Assembly (NCBI GenBank): GCA_002269645.1
Contig: NIVC01003693.1
Span: 18,524-82,523, forward strand
Source: Macrostomum lignano
Lineage: Eukaryota
DNA: 64,000 nt
Direction of reading: 5' to 3'
The translations under genes and the position numbers were made by a program. Below are positions 1-11,531 of this stretch, in pieces. The stretch's first letter is position 1; each line of letters begins with the position of its first letter. The notes below the pieces were generated by a model that did no database searches, was not told where the DNA came from, and was given only the letters and a program-made list of their open reading frames with translations.

Positions 1-2845
1 GCAAGCCCTCTTTGAAAATGCGCTCGCGAGAAAGGCAGTTGTTGACACGAACGCGGGCTCGGCGGTCGCTGATGAAGCTGTTCGTCCAGCGGAGTGCGCA
101 GGGTGTAATGCATTTCAGGCTGAGCTTGTAGATGTTACCCTTCCTCCAGACCTTGTCATAGGCTCGGGACATGTCATAGACCCCCAGGGCGCTGCGCTGG
201 GGTGGTAGCTCTTCAAGGCCGTCGAAAATGTCTTGCGTGATGCGCGCAATCTGTTCTTCACACGACCGACCGCTGCGGAAACCGGCCTGGACGTTGCTGA
301 GGCGGCCGCGCTTTTCAAGGTGGTGCCTGAGGCGCTTCTGTACCAGTCTTTCGGCGACCTTGGCGATGCAGCTGGTGAGGGCGATGGGCCTGAAGCTGCT
401 CGGGTCGGAGGCCGGTTTGCCGCGCTTGGGTATTGGGATGATAATGGCCCGTTTCCACTGGTGCGGGCAGCAACCGGAGAGCCACGACTTGTTGATGAGG
501 TCGAGGAGGCGGCTTTCAGTGCACGGCGGGAGGTGTTTCAGCATCTCGTTGCTGACACCATCTGCGCCGGGGCTTTTCCCAGATTTGAGCGCGCGCAGAG
601 CACTCTGCAGTTCGCTGCCGCTGAACGGGCTGCAAAGGCCGGATTTCTGATTGCCAGGGCAGCAGATCTGTTTCATCGCCTTGTGGGCGAGCCGGGCAAT
701 GGGGCGGTCCTCCTTGCGTCGGTGATTGCGAGAAACTTCGGCGTAGATGTTGCAGAAGAGATTGGCTTTTTCGCTCGGAGTGGTAGCCGTTCGCTGGCGT
801 GATCCAGGTTTGGCAGAGGTGCTCAGGGCCGCGTTGGCGGGGGGAGGCGGCGGCTCTCCTCGGAGCGAGCGGGCGAGGGCAAAGAGGTCGCTGTTTAGGT
901 TGAGTTCGCCGATCTTTTGTTGCCAGTGCTGTTGTTTGGCGGAGTTGATGGTGTCGGCCGCGGTCTTGCGGGCGCGGTGGAAGGCGTTGATGTCGTGTTC
1001 GGACTTGCTCTGCTCAGCGGTGCGTCGCGCACGGTTGCGTTCGTCGCAGGCGTGTTGGCAGGCGTCCGTCCAGAACGGCTTGCAAGGCCGGTTCCGAGCG
1101 CCACGGGGGATGTTCGCCGAGGCGGCTTCCAGGATGGCCCTGCAGAGGCGGTCGTGGTCGGCGTCGCAGGTGGACCGGTTGCTGAGTTTGAGACGCTTGT
1201 CGGCCACGGTCAGGTGTTCTTGGAACTGGGCCCAGTCGGCCTTCTTGTAGCTCCACTTTGCGGCGCCTCGTCGACGCTCGCTGGGGCCCGGACGGTCAAT
1301 GCTGAACAGGATCGGAAGGTGGTCGCTGCCGATGTCGCCAAGGGTGGTCCAGCTGGCGCTGGCGATGGCCGCGATGTTACCGGTGCACCAGGTGAGGTCC
1401 GGGGTAGAGCGTCCACCGGTGGCCGGGTTGGTGCGCGTGTGGTCTTCGGTGCTGTTGCAAAGGTGGAGGCCTTTTTGTTGTGCCCACTCTTCTATGCTTG
1501 CGCCACGATCGTCTTCCGGTTGGTGGATGTCCCACCCGCCGTGGCCGTTAAAGTCGCCAGCGATGACGGTACTGCTAAGAGTGGGGAGGCTGTACCAGTC
1601 GGGAAACCAAGCTTCATCGGGCCTCTGGCAGCTGTTTGGTGGCGCGTAGACGCTGACGAGGGTGACGGGTCTACGGCCTGGCGGGCAGATGGTGATGGCG
1701 GCTGCATCGAGGGGCTCCGGGCAGTGGCAGGTGACTTGGTGAAACGGCAGGTCGTCGCGGACAAGGATCAGGCAGCCGCCTCGGCCGGTAGGGCGGGAAA
1801 TGTTCTTTTTTTGGTTTTTTTGATAACGCCTTCGCGTCCGGTGGCTGTCTCCTGATCAGTGGTGATGCTGGAAGCCTGTTGCGTCGCGGGGCGCTGTTGT
1901 TGTGGTCTCTGGCAGCACGGGCCTCTGAAATTGGTTCTGTACTCCTTGGTGCTTTTAAGGGCAGCGCATTGAAGATGGAGCCATGAGTGACAGGCACTGC
2001 ATTGGACGCAGGCACGGCTTCTTGGGATATTCCGGTTGCAGATTGGGCAGATCCAGCGTCCGGTGGCTGTCGGAGCGAGATGGTCTCTGGGCGTGGGATC
2101 GGCTCCGCCGGAGTTGTTGGACTCGGCCGGGCTGGTGTCCACCGATGCTGCGTGAGGGCGGGCGTCCAGGGGGGAGTCGCGGTTGCTGCATGCTATGCGT
2201 CCGCTGCGGCAGCCTGGGCACCAGGATGCGCGTTCCAGCGGCCAGCGTAGACGGCAGCGGGGCCGTTGGACGGTGCGCGACGTTCCCCGCGCTTGGATGG
2301 TCGGTGGGCGGGGCTGCGGGTCAGGGGCTGCGGTCAGCTCCGTGGTGTCCGCGGCGATGTCCGTTTTGCAGACCCCGTCTTTTCGTGCCGCGACGCAGGA
2401 TCCAGGGGGCGGGATGAAGTTGGCCCCTGGGAGGAGCTTCGTCTCCTGGAGGAGGGCAGCGCAGGGGCGCAGGCGGTTAAGACGGTTGACCAGCTCCGTG
2501 CGGCGAGCCTGCAACCCATTGCAGTTGAGTTGCAGGACGTGGAGCTCTTGGCCTCGCTTAGCGCTGCGCGTGTGCTGCCTTCTGCTGCGATGGCCGGGGG
2601 CTGACGATCCGCCCCGGAGGCGGCGGATGGAAAAGATGTCCGGTTGATCGGCACTGGGTTTTTCGGCCTGATGGTAATCGGCGTAGCATCCCTGTTGGTT
2701 GCGACACTTCGTCGCCTCCGTGGGGTGGTGGTTGGAGGCGTTCGGGGGCCCCGCGTGAAGGGGGTCGCATGCCATGGGTTGGTGTTGGCCAACCCACTCC
2801 GCGCTGTCTGGCGACTCGTTCAGAGAGTAGCCGTTAGTGCGAACC

Positions 2846-2846
<1 letters not shown>
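1..2846 (-). mobile_element. Non-LTR retrotransposon (Ingi/I-group-like), 5' part: AP endonuclease with inserted PHD finger plus N-terminal RT; 3' part runs off the window
   Basis: Minus-strand translation shows APE motifs LQLNCNGL, LLQETKL, RKD, GRGGCLILV, VSVYAPP, IAGDFNGH, STPDLTW, SDHLPI, and RT motifs KSPGADG, FRPIALTS, QAGFR, YDMSRAYDKVW, SFISDRRARVRV..FKEGL. The frame from about 1790 to position 2 is consistent. One -1 shift falls in the A/T runs near 1805-1822. Confidence 0.95.
2700..2846 (-). ncRNA. Putative HDV-like self-cleaving ribozyme at the LINE 5' end (P1 imperfect)
   Basis: On the minus strand: P2 UGCGAC/GUCGCA, P3 CCC/GGG, L3 UUCACGC, P1.1 UC/GA, P4 CGCCUCC/GGAGGCG, J4/2 CGAA. 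A good 5' P1 strand is not found. Confidence 0.55.

Positions 2847-2847
<1 letters not shown>

Positions 2848-2901
<54 letters not shown>
2848..2901. repeat. (CTG/CAG)18 microsatellite at the junction of the LINE and the P-element remnant
   Basis: Direct reading; gives 18 Q in ORF 1768..3402. Confidence 0.98.
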
Positions 2902-2902
<1 letters not shown>

Positions 2903-3750
2903 ACGGTCAGGAATGCCTTGAGCAGCGAGTCCTTCCGTCTAATCTCTTCAAAGATTTTCCAGCAATGCATTGAAAGTGCGAAAGCTAGTTCTGTTGGCTG
3001 GCACAGACCTCCTCGGTTGATCTGATCAAAGAATGATGATGCTTCAGCCGGAACCCAATCAAGATCCAACGATGGCACCTCTTCCTGTTCAAGTAGTAGC
3101 TGTCTGCAGGAGTCGCACTTTCGGTTCTGCACTAACTTACGAGCAACTGCGGGGTGACATAGAAGATTGCAGTCGGGTCTTCTGGCCCGAGGATGGCTGT
3201 CCATCTCCAGCTGCACAGCCAGAATGCTAACAGATTCCCGAATAGAGCCAGAGTCGGAGGGCACCTCGATGACACCATGTCGATTTTCTTCAAGGAAAAG
3301 TCCGATTACTTCAGCAGGCTTACGACAGCAATTTTTCTGCTGTTTTCCTTCACCTGTCGCGCGGAAATGAAGAAATTTGCCCCGGACATTTGCCGAAGCC
3401 AACCGAATCGGCTCTCAATGCAGTCGGACTGAATCGCTCCAAGAAGCACATAGGAGAAGCCTTCATGGTGCAGCAAATGCCTTGCACAGCAGGCCAGGGC
3501 ACGGAACGTCATGCGGCAGGCAAAGAAGGTCTCCTTGGACATGCCAGGATTGCCTGACTCCTCCCAGCTGTCAAGAAAGTCAGCGAACTCCTCCAGAAAT
3601 TGCAGCTTCCAGTCAAGCGATGAACGAACAGGATCCTGACTGATGCCCCGCTTGCATTTTCTCTTGTACGGCGACTTGACATTGAGGACATGCCAGAGCT
3701 TCAGCACCAAGGCGAAGGCTTCCTTGCGCTGAGAGCTTCAAAGCTGTCAC
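2902..3750 (-). mobile_element. P-element/THAP9-like transposase, C-terminal remnant, frameshifted and interrupted by the LINE
   Basis: QSDCIESRFGWLRQMSGANF matches the P-transposase QDxxExxFGxxRQxxG motif. It is followed by VARKLVQNRKCDSC and QINRGGLCQPTELAF, typical of the P-element C-terminal region. Confidence 0.8.
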
Positions 3751-4419
3751 AGATGGAGAAGGTCGTGACCCGGGTCATCGATGAGATCTAAATCGCAAGT
3801 AGGATTGAATCGGTGCCACCATTCACGGACGAAGCAACAGGAGTCAGGACAGCCTGTGTTTCCTGCTATTCGATCCGTCAATGCAGAATTGCATCCGTCA
3901 ACTTAAAAACATCAAAAACTTTCACAGCCGAGGAGTCTTCCATCTCCCTCCCTCCACGGCTCTTGTACTCGTAACTGTAATGATTCTTAAACTAGTTTGT
4001 TCAGAGCCTGGCCCTAAATCAATTTTTTTTCTCTATTAGTGCCATATATTCTCATCATAAAGCCGAAATAATTATGCTAGTAGCACAAATGTCTCCAAAA
4101 TAATCGCTTTTGTATGCTGTTGGAGTGCAAGACTTTCGTAATAGCTCTCTGAGAGATAAAATGCCCCTTGTTAATCACACAGCAGCTGGGAATGGCTGCC
4201 ACACTAAGGTACGAGTAAATGCGTGTGGGGAGCTTCCAGTCGAGTGATGCTATTTTAAGAGTCCCTGCCTATCCCCAGTGCCGCAACTTCAACTCAAGAG
4301 AACTAGTTTATTTAGCTTAGTAAACACCACTTGCCGCCTTGCCACACTAGCGTAAAATGGGGGGAGAGTGTTTTATTCTAGCTTCCAGTCCAGTAGTGCT
4401 AGCTATAGAAGTCCCTGGC

Positions 4420-6110
4420 TCATGTCATTCCGATCCAATTTTCTATCGATTGATCATCGGCTTTGACTCTATCGATTCTGAGTTAGTCGTCACTCCTAGT
4501 GATTCACTCCTAATGATGTACAAAATTTATGTGAGAAGAAGCGTTGGGTACAGACTTGTGACTGAGTCCCAATATTGGACAGAGCAGAAGGCTGTGTGCG
4601 ACTCAGACTGAGATCTGTCGATGATGGCTGATCTGATTGATGAGGCAAAGAGGCAGCACATTTGAACCTTGGGCAAGTGACTATCCGCAGGTGGGAGGCG
4701 AGCAAGCACCATAGGCAGCAAGGATCCTGCAGGAGGCTGGCACTGGCTGCCGCTGTTGATCCGAGTTTGTGTCAGAGCACAGCCAAATAATAATGGCGGA
4801 GTTCAGTCAAAAATAATTTAACGCAAAAACAACGATGAGTTTTTTCAGATGCAGCCATCTTTCGGACTATATTTGATTTGACTCAAATTTTTCATGAGGT
4901 GGTATTACTTTAATTACAGCAGCTTATTTGTTTAGAATTATTCTGAGAAATACAGCAAGTACTCATCAAGTACTCGTATTAAAATCCGTGTGTGCAATCC
5001 ACGGCATGTGCGACTCCATTATCTCCGCTATCCATGTCTATCCATCTCGTTGGTTTGTCTAGCAGAGTTACGCTACTAATTATCACCGCTCATTAACACT
5101 GGGGGAATAGACGAGGCGCACAGGCAAAGTGGATTACATTTTTATTCACAGGGAAGTTGCCTTGATAAGTAATTTCTATTAAGATTTTTTCACGAAGATT
5201 TCTCTGTTTAATTAAGTTCTTTTTAAGATATTTAAGTGTTCTAGGTAAAATTACTTCACTCTAGTGAGAGTCTCCAGCATGATCATCAGTACACCTTGAC
5301 GTACTTCTTCCAGTTGGGGTCCAGCTCGATCGCGTCACCAACACTGGCGTCAGTGAAGTCCAGCATCCGGCACCTGCCTTGCACAGCATTGTGCAGAGCA
5401 GCCCTGCACTGCCAGCGGCGTGAGCAGAGGGACAGACAGTCAAACTTCTTGTAAACAGCCGCGACCTCAGTGAAGCAGTAGTCAGGACTGATGTCGCCGA
5501 GCTTCAGAAACTCAGTGACCTTAAGGTAGGAGCTGTTCGGCGTTGTGATTGGCTGGCAGACTGTGCCATGAAGTTTCAGCATGCCGTCACCGAGTCCAGT
5601 GTTGATTATCAAGCCGAAGTCGTCATTGGCAGCGGAATTTCTGGGAGAAGGCCCATTCCAATCCGAATCTTCGGACTGAAGAAGCGAGCCATTCGTGAGG
5701 CGCCAGCCAGTGCGGGATGTCTGCCGCTCGCGCGTCAAGTCCGAGAATCCAACCCAGGACCAGGTGGAGATTTGCGATCGCACGGCTCGCATCACCCCAA
5801 GATCCAGCAGCAGTTCGCCACCGATTTGCAAGCAGCGCTCAGCTGCATCGCACCACAGTCTCTTCGGGGAGTATTCGATGAAGAGGCAGTGGCCGTTTGT
5901 GATGGTGAAAGGCAGCTGACAGGCGGATGCTGCAGTCAGCAGCAGAAGCTGCACCTGCAACAGCGATCGCAGCTGCATGATGTTGCTTTCATTGGCAGTG
6001 AAGCAGATGTGACAAATGGGCAATGTTCTGCCATGTGTGAGTTCAGTCTGACGAAATTTAAATGTCATTGCTTTTTCTCCTGGCAACCAATCAGAAGTGA
6101 GGAAATAAAG
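4420..6110. repeat. Copy A of a duplicated block (lectin gene plus its 3' flank); copy B is about 12835-13593 joined to 18007-18815
   Basis: Collinear similarity, e.g. 4526-4990 vs 13012-13450, 5260-5293 vs 13555-13593, and the lectin CDS. Confidence 0.9.
5286..5978 (-). CDS. Secreted C-type lectin-like domain + PAN/apple domain protein (copy 1)
   Basis: Signal peptide MQLRSLLQVQLLLLTAASA; CTLD motifs CxxPF..GHCL, WCDAAERCLQIGGEL, WVGFSD, W; C-terminal PAN-like CLSLCSRRWQCRA..CRML. The upstream in-frame ATG at 6086 is probably not used. Confidence 0.8.
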   Translation of the reverse strand: MQLRSLLQVQLLLLTAASACQLPFTITNGHCLFIEYSPKRLWCDAAERCLQIGGELLLDLGVMRAVRSQISTWSWVGFSDLTRERQTSRTGWRLTNGSLLQSEDSDWNGPSPRNSAANDDFGLIINTGLGDGMLKLHGTVCQPITTPNSSYLKVTEFLKLGDISPDYCFTEVAAVYKKFDCLSLCSRRWQCRAALHNAVQGRCRMLDFTDASVGDAIELDPNWKKYVKVY

Positions 6111-6199
6111 ACTTTCGTGTGAGGCATTTGAGGTGCGTTTGAGGGGTAGCTGAAGCAGCTCGTAGTGAGGAAGCAGCTTCTGGAGTGCGTCGTCCTGCT

Positions 6200-6545
6200 C
6201 CTTCTGCCATCAGAACTTTTTCCTCCGAGCCCACCTTGTGGTGAGTGGTTCCAGGCAGTCCGAAAAGTTTGAGATCAGCCTTCGCTGCATATTATTAGGC
6301 CATTTAGATACTCCAAATCTGTCAGTGTTGCAGGGTTTTCCATCTTCTGTAGTACTCTTGACTTCCTCAGGATCTGCATGGTTGAAACATTACGTCCTCC
6401 AGTACGAATCCAAGTTGGTTGTTGGCAAACCGGTGCTCTTGGGCTGGTTGATCTTCAGGCCATTTTGGTTCAGGCACTCTTCTCTATCATTAAGCTGCTC
6501 TTCAATTTCTCCCAAATCAGGATATCATCAGCATACTAATGTGCA
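6200..6545 (-). mobile_element. Degraded Ty3/Gypsy reverse transcriptase fragment
   Basis: Frameshifted minus-strand remnants: DDILIW, GLKINQPK, LGFVL, DPEEVK, ISNFSD..EPL. Confidence 0.55.
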
Positions 6546-9079
6546 GCTGCGCACTCCTGCCTATAGTCATCTCGGTCTCTCTCAGATTCAGTCGTTCGTT
6601 TAGACTAATGCAAACGATTCAGATACATATTTCAGCGCGATACGCGCAGACGTCACTTTTATTTCAAACAAACAAATATACTCGAGTACTGAAACAAATA
6701 TTTATAATTTCCTCCGGCTTCCTCCGGCGCGAGCCGTGTCGGTCACTGACCGTAGGTTTAACGTTTGCTTTTAGTCCACGCAAAGCCGAAGTGCTTCACC
6801 TGCCATTCTCACTTGGTAAGAATAGTGGGAATAGCACAGGCGTGATGACTGTCTTTTCCAGCGAACTTGTCGATATCTGTTTCATGAAGCTTTTATAAAA
6901 CGATTGAAAATATTCACTTGTCAGGGTAGGGCTTGACAATTTTCACTCGTAACTTGTTGTTGATTTGTCACAACTTTCATAAAACGCATTCGGAATTGTC
7001 GGAACGTTGTCGGAATTTGCATTTGTCACTTGTAATTTGTCTGAAAAGTGGCTTCATGAAATCCGTCCCTAGTATAGTGTGTTGGGCTGCGCCCTTCCAG
7101 TGTGTATGTACTCGTACTTTTGTTTTCAGTTTTCATGCCACCCCGCCCCGTCCCCCGTCTCGCGCCCGGGCCAGGGTTTGTGAGAGGCGTAAGTCTCAAC
7201 CCTGGCCTAGCCCTTTGCACCCAGCCCCCGGCCCAATCTCTGTCCAATCTGGGTGCCCCCCCCCCTCCCTCGTTGCCCGCCTCACCCTGGGGCTGCTCGT
7301 ATTGGCTGGCTGGCTGATAAGCCGGCTGGGCCCCAGGGTTTGGCTCGCCGTCTCCATTCTGCCCCACCCCTCCCCCTTTTTTTGTGTATTATTTAAATGC
7401 TAGCCCTGAGCGGGCTGCGCTCCACGTTTGCTCTCTATTGGTGTCCGCTTCGTTCTTACTGTTTTTGCGTTCATCGGCGTACCTCTGCCTTCGCGTGCCA
7501 ATAACTGCTTCGGGCCAATAAACGCTTCGTTAGTAACTCGATATATCAAGAGGAGGTGAGCTCGAGCTTTCGTTCTTCTGGGTTGCCGCGTGGGGCCGGG
7601 ATCTGCAGGGACCTGGGAACGGTGAACTCTCGCCGATCCCAGGGTGTTCGGTCAGGCGAACTCTCGCCGAACCGAGCGAGACAGGGTAGGAATAGCCGGG
7701 GTGAGGGCTGGGACAGGGGTGTCTCAGGCGGGGAGGGCCCGAACCTTGACCCGTCCAGCGGCCATTAGGCCGAGACACAACAAGTGCAAAAGTGCGATTT
7801 GAGTGAACTACATGAACAGGCAATTGTTACAATTTTCTATGAAATCTCACAGAAGAGGAGAACTGCGAAATGTCTCGAATTGATGACCCTCAGAGTAGCC
7901 TGTCAGCCCCAGACAGCTTGACTGCAAGTGTGAGCAACCAATTTTCTTCCAGAACCGGCGCGCGGTCGGATATTTTTGACAACGCACTGTTCAACTGGCA
8001 CTGTACAGGTATCATTTTGTCACCAGCGATGAACTGGAGCGTAACTGTGATGGCATCAAGTATCAGCTCCGCCTTGGATATCGCCCTAATCGTGAAGACG
8101 TTGTTGTCCAGTTCTCTCGCTTGGTGCGAAGATCTCTCCAAGAATTTTTCGGTGACTTACATATACTGTCTGGTTACCGGCTGTTGATTAAAACGTAGAT
8201 GTTGCAGAAATAATTTGCTTTGCCACATCTTTTGTTTGCACATCTTTCCGGCCGCTGGACATGTTGACTTTCCATGGACCCTCTACACAGTTTGCAGATG
8301 GTGGCTGCTTCGCTCCGATGGCTGCATCTTTTTTGGTGTCTTGGAAGCGACTTGTACATACCAACCTTCATCACGATCGCATTTCCGGTCTTGGAGTGCT
8401 CTTTATTATTTCTGTTGTAGCCAACCTTGAATGAGCCTCCGCCTCTGCAGCCGCCTCTTTGAAACTGAGCGTTTGATATTCCTTCACGAACAGCTTCCCA
8501 AGAATATGGTGATCTGCAAGGCCTCATATGACTAGATCTCTCAGTCTCGCATCAGTGTTACCAAAGTTGGCATTCTCTGACGATCCGACATTCTCTGAAC
8601 AGACGTTCTGCAAACTGCCTGACTGATTCTCTTAGATTTTGGATGCATTGTTGGAAGGAGTATCCTCCGTCGAAACGAACTTAATCAGAATTAGGATCTT
8701 ATTAAGAGCAGCTGTTAGGTCGTCGTACGACTTGTTACTCAACTTTTCTGGAGCTAGGTGATCAACCAATGAGTCGTAAAAGGTTGGTACCACGCGCATT
8801 TTTAGCATTTGTGCTCTCGCCGTTGCTTCCCACCTGAAAAATTTGCCACAACGTCAAATCTATCAATACACTGGTCATTCAGCTTCTCCAGGTCCACTGA
8901 GCCTGAACCTGGACGTTTAGGTTGCAGTATCACACAGCTGCCAAGTTCTATCATTGTGCTAGAGGGGGGGGCGAAGTTGCCAAATTGGTGCAGGGCTACA
9001 ATGTCAAGGTGGGCATTGATGGGGTCGAATTGAGCAGATGCTTGGGATAACCTGTTGGGGATCTGGCGCAAGGCCACAG

Positions 9080-9195
9080 GGGGATCGGGATCACACTACT
9101 GAGGATTGGGATCACACTACTGGGGGATAAGGACCACACTACTGGCACTGGGGGATAAGGATCACACTATACTGGGGGATAAGGATCACACTACT
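9080..9195. repeat. About 21-bp tandem repeat (GGGGATAAGGATCACACTACT), about 5 copies
   Basis: Direct reading. Confidence 0.85.
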
Positions 9196-11531
9196 GTTGT
9201 TGGAGGCGGAGTGTCAGATGCTGTCAGAATGAGTCGGGCTGGGCCCGTCCTGTACTACTCAAAGCCAAAGGGAGTAGCAGCATTGACAACTTGGCTGTTA
9301 AATTTTCTAAAGAGTTTTTTTAATAATTGACGTATTGGCTGTTTTATCGCTGCTAGAACTGCGTGTCGCTAGATTTAACAAAGTCCGAAAAACATTATAG
9401 GTCTTACATAGGTTTTTTTACTAAGTCACTGTGTGATGCTGTGTATAATTTTTTTAATTAAAATTTATTTGGAGAGTCAGTGTTCCAGTTTCTTTATTGA
9501 TCAAAGCAAGCAGCTGTACACATTCACAGCTGACCGAAGCGCATACACCGGTGCGTGCGCAGCTGGCACGCTCTCACGCAGGGTGTACATAGGCCTTGAC
9601 TTTCTCTCGGGTGTTTAGGACTATTCATGTTTTTTTAAACACAATGTTAGTCGTCCAGATTATATATTATTTGGATGCTTATACCACGCATACATTGCGG
9701 CCAGTAAGTTCATTCCAATGTTGCAACTCGCATCTCGATGTGTTCGGCTTCATCTCTCAGTGCAGCTTCTCCGAAGTCCTACGGCGTCGTCGGAATAGCG
9801 GCCCGTGGAATGCCTCCATTTCTCTTAGGCTCTTTTGTGAGCCTGGAGTGAAATGGGTGTTAGCCATCCACCCCTCGCGCTGTACATTGTGCCGCCTTTG
9901 TGCTCCGTCCTCTCTACCCCCCGTGGGGTGGGGGAGGGGTTTGCTCACCCGCTTATTTATTTGCGCGCCGCCCTCTGTGCCCCGTCGCTCGCTTTGGCTT
10001 TGCAGCTCAAAATTTTTTTAAGCACGTTCTTTTTTCTTTTAATCTCGTTTGCTTGCAAAATAAACTTATCGTTACTACGGGGTCGCTTTCCCCACCTCTC
10101 GCGCTGCTTCGGGCCATAAGCCTTTGCCTGCCTGCTGTTCGTCTCTTTCGCTGTTGGGGTGTGATTGGTTAATGGTTGGGGTTGAGAGAGGTGACAGTTC
10201 AAATGGGTCATTTACTACCTGTATTTTAAAGGGCATAGAAATTAACATTTAGAAACAAACACCAAAAACAGCTCGTTTATGTACATTTTCTAGCTGCCCG
10301 CGATCCTGGTTAAAAGAATCCAGGCACTTACTGTGGTACTCTACGAGCATCAAATTTCCATTTGAAACTTATGTACTTTTTTGGTTTTATTGTTCTATTT
10401 CATTAAAAGTGAATTCTTCTTCGTCCGCGGCGTCCTCGACCTACAGTTAGTGCATTCTTTTTCGTCAGTGCGGGGTTTGGGACGCTTGTAACTATGGGGT
10501 TGGCTAGGGGGGTTGGCGGGCGTGGCAGGGTCTGGCCGGCGGCCGGGCTTTGCGCGTGCCCCTCCCCAGCCGTGCCCCCCCCCTGCCCCGGGCTCAGGGC
10601 TGGTTGGCTGCGGCTGGGCCGGCTTTTGCGCGGATGGGGCCCCGCCCACACCAGGCGGGGTTTTGATTGGCTGGCCGGTGCGGCCAGTCTCTATTTTCTC
10701 TTGTTTGCTCTACTTTTGTGGGCTTAGCCGGTGGGGCCGCCTGCCCCCGGCTCCCAGGCCTGTGCTTGGTATTTATTATTTTGCGCACTGGCTTTTCTTG
10801 CTCGCGTGGCTCTGGGTTTTCCCACTCACTTCGTTTTTGCGCTCCGAGAAATTGTAAGCGATACTTTACTCAAGTCAAGTAAATGGTTAACCTCAGTAAC
10901 TCGCAGGTTAGAGCGTCAGAACGCCTGTCAGCAGTAATATCATATTGGCAGAGTGTCAGAACGCCTGCTGGTACAACCGTAAAGTACTTGGGCTGGGCAC
11001 CCGAACCGACCCGGGACAATAGTGCATTCAATTTCATGCTACGATAGTGAAGTATTCTTCGTCGTCCACTTGAAGAGTCACCCAGCAGCAGAAACTAAAA
11101 GGGTTTTGCAGCGGGAGATACTTCAGTTGCAGTTTCGAACAAAAAGGCATGGTGGATGACTGCAGTTGCAGCAACTTGCTTTCCACATTGCGTGCTGTTC
11201 TGAGTGACAGCACAGAAAGTTGCGGAGTTAGTGAGGCAGTGTTTCTGCCCTCTCGAAAACCATCTCTATGATGCGCTCCTCATGCTTTTTGCTACAAATT
11301 GTTTTGATAGCGTTGAAAAGAGTTTTCTAGCTGCTGCCTCATGCATTACTTCAGAAATTTCAGCTGCAGCATCAGTCAATGCATGCAATAACATTGCTGC
11401 TGCCTGTTGTTGTTGTATGCGGTGAGCCGCTCAGAGGGGACACCAATCGATGACGCTATTGTGGTGCGTTATCTTATTGGCGGATACATTTCAAGATGAC
11501 CGTTTAGGTCCAAATTGCTGTTGTTGTTGCT

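Noticed and set aside
228-1855. Plus-strand ORFs of 140-312 aa
   Set aside because: Antisense shadows of the GC-rich LINE ORF on the minus strand. The same applies to ORFs opposite SETD2, the iGluR and the 11541-12665 LINE.
2400-2846. Viral-type 2A peptide at the Ingi-like ORF N-terminus
   Set aside because: No D(V/I)ExNPGP motif in the reading frame upstream of the endonuclease.
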